Shown: in pieces, positions 45,417-54,429 of the stretch
How positions within the stretch are numbered: the first letter of the stretch is position 1
How the letters are laid out: the number at the start of each line of letters is the position of its first letter
Assembly: GCA_965232515.1 (NCBI GenBank)
Contig: CBDDPY010000002.1
Location: 5,536,001-5,600,000, forward strand
DNA from: Alphaproteobacteria bacterium
GTDB lineage: Bacteria > Pseudomonadota > Alphaproteobacteria > GCA-2731375
Reading direction: 5' to 3'
Length of the DNA: 64,000 nt
Made by a program: the position numbers and the translations under genes
Notes under the pieces: model-generated
What the model was told of the DNA's origin: nothing
What the model saw: only the letters and a program-made list of their open reading frames with translations
Databases searched by the model: none

Positions 45417-46334
45417 TTACGGCGCGGCGTTGAGCAGCCGCGGCGTGTCGGCGCGCAACAGCTCGACCAGCGCCTCCATCGTGGCGCTGCGATAGCCGCC
45501 ACGGCGTTGCACCAACGTCACCGGACATTCCGGTTTCATGCCGGCGACCTCGACGATGCGCAGGCTGCCGACCCGCAGCTCCTCGCGGATGCTGGCGAGC
45601 GGCATCAACGAGATCCCGAACCCGGCCTCGACCAGCCGCTTCTGCGCCGTCAGGCTGTCGACCGCGGTGATCGCCGGCTCGGTCAGTCCGGCGCCGATCA
45701 GCGCCGTCTCCAGCATCCGGCCGAAGGACTCCGGTTGGCCGCGGCTCACTGGAAAGCCGAGCCAGCGGTCTTCGGCGAAGACATGGATGTCCTTGACCCG
45801 TTTCGCCCGCACCCGATGCCCCGCCGGCACCACCACGAACAGCCGTTCGGCGCCGAGCGGGCTCAGCTCCAGCCGCCGGTCATTATCCGGCCAGTAACGC
45901 AGGCCCAGATCGGCGTCGCCCCGCCGCACCAGGTCGCTCACCTCGCGGCTCGTCGCCGTGCGCAGCTCGATGCGTGCTTGCTTGAAGCGCGCCTGAAACC
46001 TGCGCAGGGTGCCGACGACATGCGCGTCCGCCAGCGTGCCGACGATCGCCAGCGTCAGCGCGTCGTCCGCGCGCGCGCCGATCCCGCGCACCGCCTTCGC
46101 GCCGTCGCGCATCGCCGCCAACGCCGCCTCCGCGTGCGGCAGCAGCGCCCGGCCCGCCGACGTCAGCGCCACGCCGCGTCCGACCCGCTCGAACAACGGC
46201 GCCCCCAGCGTCTCTTCCAGCAGCGCGATCCGCCGGCTGATCGCCGGCTGCGACCGGTTCAACCGCTCCGACGCCTTCGTGAACCCGCCGAGCTCGGCAA
46301 TGCACACGAACGCCTCGATCTCGTCCAGAGTCAT
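45417..46334 (-). CDS. LysR family transcriptional regulator
   Basis: FTKASERLNRSQPAISRRIALLEETLGAPLFER. Confidence 0.96.
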   Translation of the reverse strand: MTLDEIEAFVCIAELGGFTKASERLNRSQPAISRRIALLEETLGAPLFERVGRGVALTSAGRALLPHAEAALAAMRDGAKAVRGIGARADDALTLAIVGTLADAHVVGTLRRFQARFKQARIELRTATSREVSDLVRRGDADLGLRYWPDNDRRLELSPLGAERLFVVVPAGHRVRAKRVKDIHVFAEDRWLGFPVSRGQPESFGRMLETALIGAGLTEPAITAVDSLTAQKRLVEAGFGISLMPLASIREELRVGSLRIVEVAGMKPECPVTLVQRRGGYRSATMEALVELLRADTPRLLNAAP

Positions 46335-46336
46335 GA

Positions 46337-46353
46337 CATCAGAATAACTGATG
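46337..46353. promoter_or_regulatory. LysR recognition site candidate
   Basis: CATCAG-AATAA-CTGATG dyad containing T-N11-A at the LysR start. Confidence 0.6.
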
Positions 46354-46472
46354 AATAGAAGAAAGACTATGCATTAGACATATGATTAATTGGCGGGCAA
46401 CCTGTCCTGGAAATCGAACACTGATCGACGCGTACGAACGCCCTCAGGCCGCATCAAACCCAGGAGCCTCCC

Positions 46473-47288
46473 ATGACCGACCAGACCGCCAAAGCCGTCG
46501 CCTTCCGCGACCTGCACGACCGGCCCGAGCCGTTCCTCCTGCCGAACCCCTGGGACGCCGGCAGCGCCCGGCTGCTGGCCGACCTGGGCTTCCCGGCGCT
46601 TGCCACCACCAGCCTCGGCGTCGCCGTCAACCACGGCAAGGCGCGGGCCACGGCCGACGAGATCATCGAGAACTGCCGGGTTATCGCCGCGGCGACCGAT
46701 CTGCCGGTGAACGCCGATCTCGAGAACGGCTACGCCGACGATCCCGAAGACGCGGCGAAGATGATCGCACGGGCCTACGCGGCGGGCGTCGTCGGCGCCT
46801 CCATCGAGGACGCCACCGGCGATCGCGCCAAACCGATCTACGATCTCGACCTCGCCGTCGCCCGCGTCGCCGCCGCCGTCGAAGCCGCCCGCGCCCTGCC
46901 GCAGCCGTTCATGCTGACAGCTCGGGCCGAGGGGCTGCTCTACCGCGTGCACGACCTGGATGAGATTATCCGCCGCCTGCAGGCCTTCGAGGCCGTCGGC
47001 GCCGACGTGCTCTACGCGCCGGCGCTGATGACGACATCAGACATGCGCACCGTCGTCGAGTCCGTCGGCAAGCCCGTCAACGTGGTCATGGGCCTCTCCG
47101 ACCCCAACATCACGTTGCCCGAGCTCGCCGAGGCCGGCGTCCGCCGCGTCAGCATCGGCGGCGCCTTCTCCCGCGTCGCCCTGCAAGCCGTCACCCGCGC
47201 CGCCACGGAAATGCGCGAAGGCCGCTTCACCTTCGCCGCCGACCTGTTCCCGGTCAAAGAGCTCCGCCGCATCTTCCCCGACGAGTAA
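46473..47288 (+). CDS. Isocitrate lyase/PEP mutase family protein
   Basis: LPNPWDAGSAR, ALATTS, PVNADLENGY, SIED, LTARAE. Confidence 0.92.
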   Translation: MTDQTAKAVAFRDLHDRPEPFLLPNPWDAGSARLLADLGFPALATTSLGVAVNHGKARATADEIIENCRVIAAATDLPVNADLENGYADDPEDAAKMIARAYAAGVVGASIEDATGDRAKPIYDLDLAVARVAAAVEAARALPQPFMLTARAEGLLYRVHDLDEIIRRLQAFEAVGADVLYAPALMTTSDMRTVVESVGKPVNVVMGLSDPNITLPELAEAGVRRVSIGGAFSRVALQAVTRAATEMREGRFTFAADLFPVKELRRIFPDE

Positions 47289-47311
47289 GCCGACGCGGCC
47301 AACAAACCGGT

Positions 47312-47413
47312 TTCACCACAGAGGGCACAGAGTTCACAGAGAACCAACCTGTTTGTTAGGCGCTTTGCGCCAACCAGCTTTTTCTCTGTGTGCTCGGTGT
47401 CCTCTGTGGTGAA
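47312..47413. repeat. ~100-bp CACCAC-ended palindromic element, copy B (core inverted)
   Basis: TTCACCACAGAGGGCACAGAG...CTCGGTGTCCTCTGTGGTGAA; central GGCGC-TTT-GCGCC. Confidence 0.85.
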
Positions 47414-47442
47414 TAGATCGGGCGTGCCGACGGCACATCCGC

Positions 47443-48192
47443 TCAGGATGCCTTCAGCATATGCAGGCGGGCGAGCAGCTCGGTCTGGTTGCCGCAGTCC
47501 AGCTTGTCCTTGATGCGCCGGTAGTGCGTATGCACCGTGTTGGTCGAGCGGCCGTTTCGGCGCGCGTAGTCCGGCAGCGCCTCGCCCAGCGCGAGGCATT
47601 TCGCCAGCTGACATTCGGCCGCCGTCAAACCGAGGCTCGCCAGGACCCTGACGAACCGCTCCGTATCGACCTGGTCCCGCTGGCCGGCCCAGCAGAGCGA
47701 CAGGGACCGCTTGATATGCGGCTCCAGCAGCCGCATGACGGTGAAGTGGTCGTCGCTCGCGGCGCCGTCCCGCGCCCGTAGCTGGAACGCCAGGAAGGCC
47801 ACGAAATTGTCGTCCAGGATCGGCGTCTGCGCCGAAATGAAGTAACGCAGTCCGGACGGCGCCAGCAGCTCCTGATAGAACGGGTCGCGGTCCATCTGGG
47901 GCTCATCGATCAGCAGGTGATCGTGGCCGATCACGCCATTCCTGAACGTGTGCAGATAGGCGTTGCGCGGATTGTGACTGTAGTCGCGCGCATAGCGCAT
48001 GGCGTTCGACATATCGAGGCGCACGCTTTCGATCCGCGCGACATGTTTGTCGTCGACGCGGTGGATCTCCATCGTCGCGCCGTCGGCGTTCAGCTCTTCC
48101 GCGATTGTGGTCAGAACCGGATCCCAGGCGATTTCGCCCGTGGCGGCGGCGTACAGGCCGTCGACCGTTTCCAGTATCCAATCGCGTTTCAT
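47443..48192 (-). CDS. LuxR-type HTH regulator with GAF-like N-terminus
   Basis: GLYAAATGEIAW, DPFYQELL, C-terminal GLTAAE...TVHTHYRRIKDKLDCGNQTEL. Confidence 0.85.
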   Translation of the reverse strand: MKRDWILETVDGLYAAATGEIAWDPVLTTIAEELNADGATMEIHRVDDKHVARIESVRLDMSNAMRYARDYSHNPRNAYLHTFRNGVIGHDHLLIDEPQMDRDPFYQELLAPSGLRYFISAQTPILDDNFVAFLAFQLRARDGAASDDHFTVMRLLEPHIKRSLSLCWAGQRDQVDTERFVRVLASLGLTAAECQLAKCLALGEALPDYARRNGRSTNTVHTHYRRIKDKLDCGNQTELLARLHMLKAS

Positions 48193-48245
48193 TACGCCGG
48201 TCTCCCGAACCGCTTGTCGCGATCCATTTATGGTTAAGTAAATCC

Positions 48246-48265
48246 CATCACCGGATCTGGTGACG
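48246..48265. promoter_or_regulatory. Palindromic operator candidate
   Basis: CATCACC-GGATCT-GGTGACG between the LuxR-type gene and the divergent PEP-CTERM gene. Confidence 0.5.
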
Positions 48266-48492
48266 ACAGCCCCAATACTCGAACGTTAGCTTAGCTGGAC
48301 AAACGATTCCATGCGGTCGTGGCTTCGAGATGGTCAAGGAGTTTGCCGGGAAAAACTTAAAACCGTTTCACCGAGTCCCAGACCAAGACCAAGCCACGTG
48401 AGTTCTTGGCGGTGCGAAAACAACGACGGCGCTGCGCCAGCTTTTGGTGACATCCCCGGCCGCCAGCGTCCTGCCGAGTTCGAGGAGGCACC

Positions 48493-49689
48493 ATGAAACA
48501 CCGTAAGCTCATTCTCGCCGGCGTCTGCGCCGTTGGCCTGACGGCGTTCGAGGCCGCGGCGCTACCGTTGAACCCTAACGATTTCGCCTCGCTCGGCCAG
48601 CTCAACGGCGCCGCCATAACCATCGACACCGACGCGCTCACCTTCAACGGCGGCGCCGGCGGCACGCTGTTCAGCCAGGGCGGCGCGCCCTTCGGCGAGC
48701 GCACGGGCGGGCCGCCCGACATCGCCGTCTTCGCCTTCGACGGCGGTTCCGTTCTGGGCGACGTCACCGTCACCGGCGCGAATGCGGTCGCCTTCCTGTT
48801 CCTCGGCGACGTCACGGTCTCGGGCGCCATCGACATCGGCGGTCAGACCACCAATGCGGCCAATCCCGGCGTCACATCAGGCGGCGATGCCGGTCCGGGC
48901 GGCGGCCAGGGCCGCCGGGGCTTCCGCGGCCTCAGCAATCCCCGCGAGCAGGACGGCTTCGGGCCGGGCGGCGGCGAGCACGGCAGCGTCGACAACGGCG
49001 GCTCGAACGACAGCGGTGGGGCCGGCGGTGGTTTCGGCACGCCGGGCGGTGACGCGGGCGCCGGCATCGGTGGCGTCGACGGCGGCGTCGTCCATGGCGA
49101 TCTCGCAGCCGCGCTCCAGGGCGGCTCCGGCGGTGGCGGCGGCGGTGGCTTTCAGGGCGCCTTTTTCGGCGGCGGCTCCGGCGGCGGCGGGGGCGGTGGC
49201 GCGCTCGAGATCGGCGCGCTGGGCGCGCTCAGCTTCGTCGGCGCCGAGATCAGCGCCGACGGCGCCGACGGCAATTTCCTGCCCGGCCGCGTCACCGGCG
49301 GGGGCGGCGGTTCCGGCGGCGGGCTGTTCTTCCACGCCTTCGACATCGTGATCGATCTCGACACGGTGCTCACCGCCAACGGCGGCGATGGTGGCGGCGC
49401 GGGCGGCGGTCGCGGCGGCTGCGGCGGCGGTGGCCGCATCACCTTCCTCAGCAACACCGACGGCAGCCTCACCAACAACGGCCAGATCGAAGCCAACCCC
49501 GGCGCCGCCGGCGGCGCTTGCGACCCCCTCACCACCAACATCAGCTTCCTCACCGCCCCCGACATCGGCGATCCCCCAACCCAATCCCCACCCGTCGCCC
49601 AAATCCCCGAACCCGCCACCGCTCCGCTCCTGGCCCTCGCCCTCGCGCTCCTCGCCTGGCGCGGTCGGCGCCAACCGCCCACAACCTAA
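48493..49689 (+). CDS. Glycine-rich PEP-CTERM surface protein
   Basis: GAGGAGG RBS, signal peptide, GGGSGGG runs, C-terminal IPEP + TM + RGRR. Confidence 0.88.
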   Translation: MKHRKLILAGVCAVGLTAFEAAALPLNPNDFASLGQLNGAAITIDTDALTFNGGAGGTLFSQGGAPFGERTGGPPDIAVFAFDGGSVLGDVTVTGANAVAFLFLGDVTVSGAIDIGGQTTNAANPGVTSGGDAGPGGGQGRRGFRGLSNPREQDGFGPGGGEHGSVDNGGSNDSGGAGGGFGTPGGDAGAGIGGVDGGVVHGDLAAALQGGSGGGGGGGFQGAFFGGGSGGGGGGGALEIGALGALSFVGAEISADGADGNFLPGRVTGGGGGSGGGLFFHAFDIVIDLDTVLTANGGDGGGAGGGRGGCGGGGRITFLSNTDGSLTNNGQIEANPGAAGGACDPLTTNISFLTAPDIGDPPTQSPPVAQIPEPATAPLLALALALLAWRGRRQPPTT

Positions 49690-49780
49690 TTCCGGTGACA
49701 GTAACTGTAATTATCGCGGTTGTGCTAAGGGCGGGTCCATCGCGATCCGACCGTGCCACGCGGCGCGAATAAACGAAATC

Positions 49781-49873
49781 TCACCACATAGGCACAGAGA
49801 AACAAAAACTGGTTGGCGCGCAGCGCCAAAAATCCAGGTTGGTTCTCTGTGCTCTCCGTGTCTCTGTGGTTCA
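49781..49873. repeat. ~95-bp CACCAC-ended palindromic element, copy C
   Basis: CACCACATAGGCACAGAGAA...TTCTCTGTGCTCTCCGTGTCTCTGTGGT; central GGCGC-GCA-GCGCC. Confidence 0.85.
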
Positions 49874-49990
49874 TCGAACGGCCGTTGTTCGGTTTGACGC
49901 ACCGACCGTAAGCACGCATGCCTTAACGCGCCTCAACCCGTAACCGTCGAAACCGTCTCTTCGCCGGTCTTTCGGGACGGGCCGGCACCG

Positions 49991-50503
49991 CTATCTCAAA
50001 ACATCCGCCGGCGCGTGATCGATCATAAATTGGGAAAGCTCTTCGGCCGGAACGGACAGATATCGTTCGGGATAGCGCAGACGCAGCGAGCCAAATATCC
50101 GGCCCACGACGTACGCGACCGATCGCCGCTTCGGCACCACCCTGAACGCCCGTGCATAAGCCGCGTTGCGCCAGCCGCAGGACCGAATATCGCGCCAGCG
50201 CAGCATCCGCGGCCGTTTGCCCCAATGGTCCTCCAACCCCTCTGGCGTAATGACGAGGATCGGCCCGCGAAACCGGCTCAATCGAACGAGCTGCCAACTG
50301 GCATTGACGAGCGAGACGAACAGCCACCCGAGGACCAGCCCGCCGAGGGTCCACGCGAGCGGACCGCTCCCTTCGAACCTGCCGAACAACGCCAGGAGCA
50401 GAATCCAGCCATACAGTACCGACGTAATCGCACCAAGGACGCCGGCCCCGATCATCGCCTGACGCGGATTAACCTCTATCGCGAGTTTCCCCATATCGTT
50501 CAT
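49991..50503 (-). CDS. Membrane protein, two TM helices plus PH-like domain
   Basis: Two hydrophobic segments then PILVITPEGLED...LRWRDI. Confidence 0.65.
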   Translation of the reverse strand: MNDMGKLAIEVNPRQAMIGAGVLGAITSVLYGWILLLALFGRFEGSGPLAWTLGGLVLGWLFVSLVNASWQLVRLSRFRGPILVITPEGLEDHWGKRPRMLRWRDIRSCGWRNAAYARAFRVVPKRRSVAYVVGRIFGSLRLRYPERYLSVPAEELSQFMIDHAPADVLR

Positions 50504-50540
50504 TTGGACATCGGTCTCAGACCTAGAAATTCGCGCCCCT

Positions 50541-50807
50541 TTATTTGACGGTGTTGGCTGAAATCGCCCTGGAGTTTGTGAGCATCTCAAGCAACGCTTT
50601 CAGTCGTGAGGTGACATCGTGCTCGTCATAAAGATGCTCTCCGCCGCCCGGTCGATACGAGGCCAGCATCGTAACGACATCCTGCATGCCGTCGTCATCA
50701 GGAAACAGCGCATCAAGTTCCGCCTCGATTTCGCTCGCGAGTGAGATCGAAACATCTCTTCGGGAGATGAACGTCTCAATGAGATCAGTTAACCGCGGGG
50801 CGTTCAT
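50541..50807 (-). CDS. Small acidic hypothetical protein (immunity-like)
   Basis: ATGA overlap with upstream gene; LASYRPGGGEHLYDE motif. Confidence 0.7.
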   Translation of the reverse strand: MNAPRLTDLIETFISRRDVSISLASEIEAELDALFPDDDGMQDVVTMLASYRPGGGEHLYDEHDVTSRLKALLEMLTNSRAISANTVK

Positions 50808-51325
50808 CTGTCTGGCTTCTGTCCCCAAGACAAGTTGGGCTGGGTCGACGCAACGTCGTCGAGGCTGTCATGGACCGACATCATCAACACGGCTTCGCTC
50901 CGATAGTCCTCCAGCTCGGTGCCGGGATAGCCGACGCCGGGCCTCTCAACAAAGAACCGCACCGTACAGCCGGATGCGGGGCCGTGCAGGCCCACGATGG
51001 CCGCCAGATCCGAGTATCCGTCGGTCGACCGCTGGTTCGCAAAGACGCGCCGCACATACGCCAGCGCCATCGGCAGAAACGGTGGCGGCGCGTAATCGTC
51101 AATATGTACCTTGCTGACAAAGCACTCGAAGCCGGTTTCGTCGCCAAAGTCTTCGATGTCGTGCGTTTCGTAGCGGGCGTCAAACAGTGCGCGCTGGAAA
51201 TAGCAGCCATTGCGATGCCAAAAGAATCCATCGCCGGCCCAGGCTTCCAGTTCGTACGGCAAGTCGGGCAGGTGATGCAGATCGACATCCGCAAGAAACC
51301 GTTTCATCCGGCTATTGAGCTTCAT
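50804..51325 (-). CDS. Hypothetical protein (immunity-like)
   Basis: Translationally coupled; DETGFECFVSKVHIDDY...CTVRF. Confidence 0.7.
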   Translation of the reverse strand: MKLNSRMKRFLADVDLHHLPDLPYELEAWAGDGFFWHRNGCYFQRALFDARYETHDIEDFGDETGFECFVSKVHIDDYAPPPFLPMALAYVRRVFANQRSTDGYSDLAAIVGLHGPASGCTVRFFVERPGVGYPGTELEDYRSEAVLMMSVHDSLDDVASTQPNLSWGQKPDR

Positions 51326-51977
51326 CACCAATATCGAACAGTTCGGCCAACTCGCTGATCAGCGTGGTTTCGCCAACGGCCACAAATCCAGACTCGACGT
51401 CATCAAATTCACCGACCGCCTTTATGAGAAAGCCGTCTTGATCGATAACACCTTCCAAAAGCTCGCCGTCGAATCCTCGGGCTTCGAGCCAACCCTTACG
51501 GACGATCTCTTCGACATCAGCATTCTCGGGGAACAGTGCCAAATAAACCGCCAGCCCTTCTGGCATCAACCTTACGACTGACGTTTTTGATAACTCTGAT
51601 ATTTCTTTCGCACCGAAGAATTTCAGTTCTCCATCGTATTCAACCATCGCTTCATATGACGTGCCGAAGTGCGATATGTCGATGCCGCTAGCCTTCAGGC
51701 CCTTCCATAGCCCCCAATATCGGGTGATTCTGTTGTTGGGCTGAAACGCCGAGTGGCCGACCAGCACCCAAAATCTGTAATCAGAAGCACTCCGAAAAAT
51801 AGTGCGGTATAACCGGCTCAATATTCTTTCTTGAGATTTCTCTCTTTCGCTCGATCGGATTATCCAAGCAATTCCACCAATAATCCGATCCCCAACAATG
51901 TCGTTTCTATGGACGTCATATACGAGGTTGGTTTGGGTTACGTCCTCGGCGGTCAATATCTCGATATCATCCAGCAA
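51312..51977 (-). CDS. Hypothetical protein, AT-richer than genome
   Basis: 221-codon ORF in AT-richer DNA; LKFFGA and GEFDD motifs. Confidence 0.7.
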   Translation of the reverse strand: MLDDIEILTAEDVTQTNLVYDVHRNDIVGDRIIGGIAWIIRSSEREKSQERILSRLYRTIFRSASDYRFWVLVGHSAFQPNNRITRYWGLWKGLKASGIDISHFGTSYEAMVEYDGELKFFGAKEISELSKTSVVRLMPEGLAVYLALFPENADVEEIVRKGWLEARGFDGELLEGVIDQDGFLIKAVGEFDDVESGFVAVGETTLISELAELFDIGDEAQ

Positions 51978-52024
51978 GAAATACCTGCTTGTCCGTAAAT
52001 CGATATACGGGAATTTGGAGCACT

Positions 52025-52300
52025 TTATCCTGCGCCGTAAGGCAGTGAAATATGGTGTGATTTCAGCGCCAACTCATAGTCTCTTTTTACCTCGTCAAAT
52101 CGGATGAGCAGGTCTTCCAATATTTCGGTCAGTTCCTCGTCGCCGGTTTTCGATGCCCGTGCCAGTGTCTTCGACAAATCCGAAACCAGGGACGCCAAAG
52201 AGTCACCCTGCACCACAACGCCCGGATAGCGTCGCTCGGGCAGCCTGACCACGGCGTAATTCGTCTGCGCCGTATAGAGTTCCATCTCTACAAGCTTCAT
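52025..52300 (-). CDS. DUF6959-like small protein
   Basis: NYAVVRLPERRYPGVVVQGDSL...YELAL...LPY (family recalled, not searched). Confidence 0.7.
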   Translation of the reverse strand: MKLVEMELYTAQTNYAVVRLPERRYPGVVVQGDSLASLVSDLSKTLARASKTGDEELTEILEDLLIRFDEVKRDYELALKSHHISLPYGAG

Positions 52301-52335
52301 GATGTTTTCAGAGCCTTTCTGGCGGGGGCCTGGAT

Positions 52336-52887
52336 TTAGAGGACAAAGACTATCCGGAAGTCTTGAACGATCTCTTCGTCCAAATCCTTGTCGGGATCGA
52401 ACAGGCGGCTTGCTGATGGGCGGTCCAAAGGCAGGACATCCATCGCGGCCAATATCCCTTCGTAAGCCGCGCCTCTGAACTCGGGCAACTCGGACGCGTC
52501 GTTGAGCGACTGTAGGAGCGTTGTAGCCATTTGAGCGCGGAGCTGAAAGTTGGTGACCTTATGCAATATCTCGCCGATGCCGCAGAGCGCGATGGCGCGC
52601 ACAAGTGTATCCGGATCGCTCTTCGCGAGTTCCAAACATCGGTCACCCAGATCGGGCTGTCGAAACCGGGTGAACAGCACGCCGGCCGCGTTCCACCGCA
52701 CCATGGAGTCTTCCGAATCCAGGCATAGGCCGATTTCGGGAGAGGCATCGAATGCCGCGCAGTCGCCAGCGACAGTAATCGCCGAATAGGGATCGTCGCC
52801 ACGGATCAGTTCCTTGAGGATGCCAATCGACCGCCGCGAAATACGCCCGTTGACTTGGTATTCCCGCTTTACGTCTTCCAAGTCCAC
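52336..52887 (-). CDS. HEAT-repeat protein
   Basis: LDSEDSMVRWNAA, SDPDTLVRAIALCGIG, FRGAAYEGI; start estimated. Confidence 0.75.
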   Translation of the reverse strand: MDLEDVKREYQVNGRISRRSIGILKELIRGDDPYSAITVAGDCAAFDASPEIGLCLDSEDSMVRWNAAGVLFTRFRQPDLGDRCLELAKSDPDTLVRAIALCGIGEILHKVTNFQLRAQMATTLLQSLNDASELPEFRGAAYEGILAAMDVLPLDRPSASRLFDPDKDLDEEIVQDFRIVFVL

Positions 52888-53008
52888 ACGACTACCCGTC
52901 GATGTGAACGCCCTATGGAGAACGCAGGCGTCCAATTGGGCACAACATCGCAACGATCTCGTGGTGCGTAGACAAGCGTTCGTCCAGATTTCGGCAGCGA
53001 CCGCAAGG

Positions 53009-53407
53009 CTACGGCAGAAAGACCAAATGGAACGGCGTGTTCTCCCGCCGCCATTGCTCAGCCGCGACCTGCCAGGCCGAGATCAGCTTGCCGGCCGTCG
53101 CCGGCGCGTTCCGCCAGAACGCCGCGGTACCAGTGAGCACCAGCAGGTATCCCGCCGCCGGAAACCAGCCCATGTCCGATAGACACTCGTCCAAGGCATC
53201 CCAGTTGCGGCCGAAATAGTCGGGGAACCTGAACGCCTCCGACACCAGGTCGAACAAGTCGCCGTCCGTCCGTACGGCCGAGGCATCGCGTTCGACAACA
53301 GTAAGCGACGGTCCGCCAAGGTTTTCCCGCAGGCCCGCCAACTGTTCCGGCGACTCGAAATGAACGCAGACCCAAGCGGCACTATGCGGTTCGGACGTGT
53401 CTATCAT
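53009..53407 (-). CDS. Barstar family RNase inhibitor
   Basis: FRFPDYFGRNWDALDECLSDMGW. Confidence 0.92.
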   Translation of the reverse strand: MIDTSEPHSAAWVCVHFESPEQLAGLRENLGGPSLTVVERDASAVRTDGDLFDLVSEAFRFPDYFGRNWDALDECLSDMGWFPAAGYLLVLTGTAAFWRNAPATAGKLISAWQVAAEQWRRENTPFHLVFLP

Positions 53408-53574
53408 CGACCGCTCTTCAGCCAGGTTGCATTTCGGCATTCGAGGTCAACATCTAATGCCCTTACACGCGACGGCCTGTTCGCCCCGCTGCCCCTTGAG
53501 CTTCATTGCCAAGGTCAAACAGCTTTACGGGCTTACTTATCGGCATGCGCTCACCGATCGTCCCCAACTTAGCC

Positions 53575-54429
53575 TCAGTCTCGTCTGCCTTGATGGGGAT
53601 GCGGACGATCAGGTTGCGGCAGATCTTCGCGGTTCATTATCCATTGGTAGATTAGCGAGATTCCGCTGGCCGTAATGGCGATTTGAGTGAAAATAACAAA
53701 GAGGTATAAAAAATCAGCGATGAAATATAAAATAAAGTGTTCTTTAGCGCTCTCGATAATTCGACTGAATAAAAGAATCATTATCGTGGGAACTGGGATG
53801 CCGGTAATCAGGATAATCATAAGCATGCGTATCGTGCATTTTTTTGTTTTCTTCCAATATCTCGGAATAGAAATATTTTTATTTAGTGCGATTTCGGGAT
53901 ACATTAAAGAAAGCTTCGTAACAACTGCAACGGCTAACACGATATAAATAAAGTATAGTATTAAAGTCAGACCAGAGATGCTTCCTAAAAATTCTGGGTT
54001 TTGACTCGCGTATAAAGAGAAGGCGTTGCCGGGTCCGGCCACCAAATAGAACAATAGAACCCAAGCGACGAAGAACTTTATCTCTCGTTTGCCGAATTCC
54101 ATGCCAATAGACGTTCGTACCTTTGCGTCCGTCGGGCCGAGCAAAACCACCCGGTGCCAAGCAACGGCGAATGCTGCAAAGAAGATCCATTGGGCATGAC
54201 GTGCGACAGCCGCCCAGATCCGCGAGGGATCATCTGTTCCCTGCGCCTCTCCGGAATATCCGACCAAAAACCCGACTGCAAAGCCTGCCGCATAGCTCAG
54301 GATCAGCGGCACGACCATAAGACGAATCAGCGTCGCGGAATTGATCAGCGGAAACTGATAAGCCTCGGCAACAGTATCCAGAATTGGCAGCTTTTCGCCG
54401 CGGCCGACAATCGAACCACCAACGGTCAT
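53575..54429 (-). CDS. Polytopic membrane protein, AT-rich
   Basis: GAGGGGG RBS, five to six TM helices, AVAWHRVVLLG motif. Confidence 0.8.
   Translation of the reverse strand: MTVGGSIVGRGEKLPILDTVAEAYQFPLINSATLIRLMVVPLILSYAAGFAVGFLVGYSGEAQGTDDPSRIWAAVARHAQWIFFAAFAVAWHRVVLLGPTDAKVRTSIGMEFGKREIKFFVAWVLLFYLVAGPGNAFSLYASQNPEFLGSISGLTLILYFIYIVLAVAVVTKLSLMYPEIALNKNISIPRYWKKTKKCTIRMLMIILITGIPVPTIMILLFSRIIESAKEHFILYFIADFLYLFVIFTQIAITASGISLIYQWIMNREDLPQPDRPHPHQGRRD

Noticed and set aside
48840-49440. GGC-rich tandem-like sequence
   Set aside because: Explained by glycine codons of the PEP-CTERM protein.
49688-49712. AATTCCGGTGACAGTAACTGTAATT resembling a transposase-associated terminal repeat
   Set aside because: Single copy with no partner or transposase nearby; resemblance is from memory only.
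49991-54429. Integron cassette array (CALIN)
   Set aside because: No RYYYAAC...GTTRRRY attC palindromes or shared spacer motif by eye; several genes overlap.
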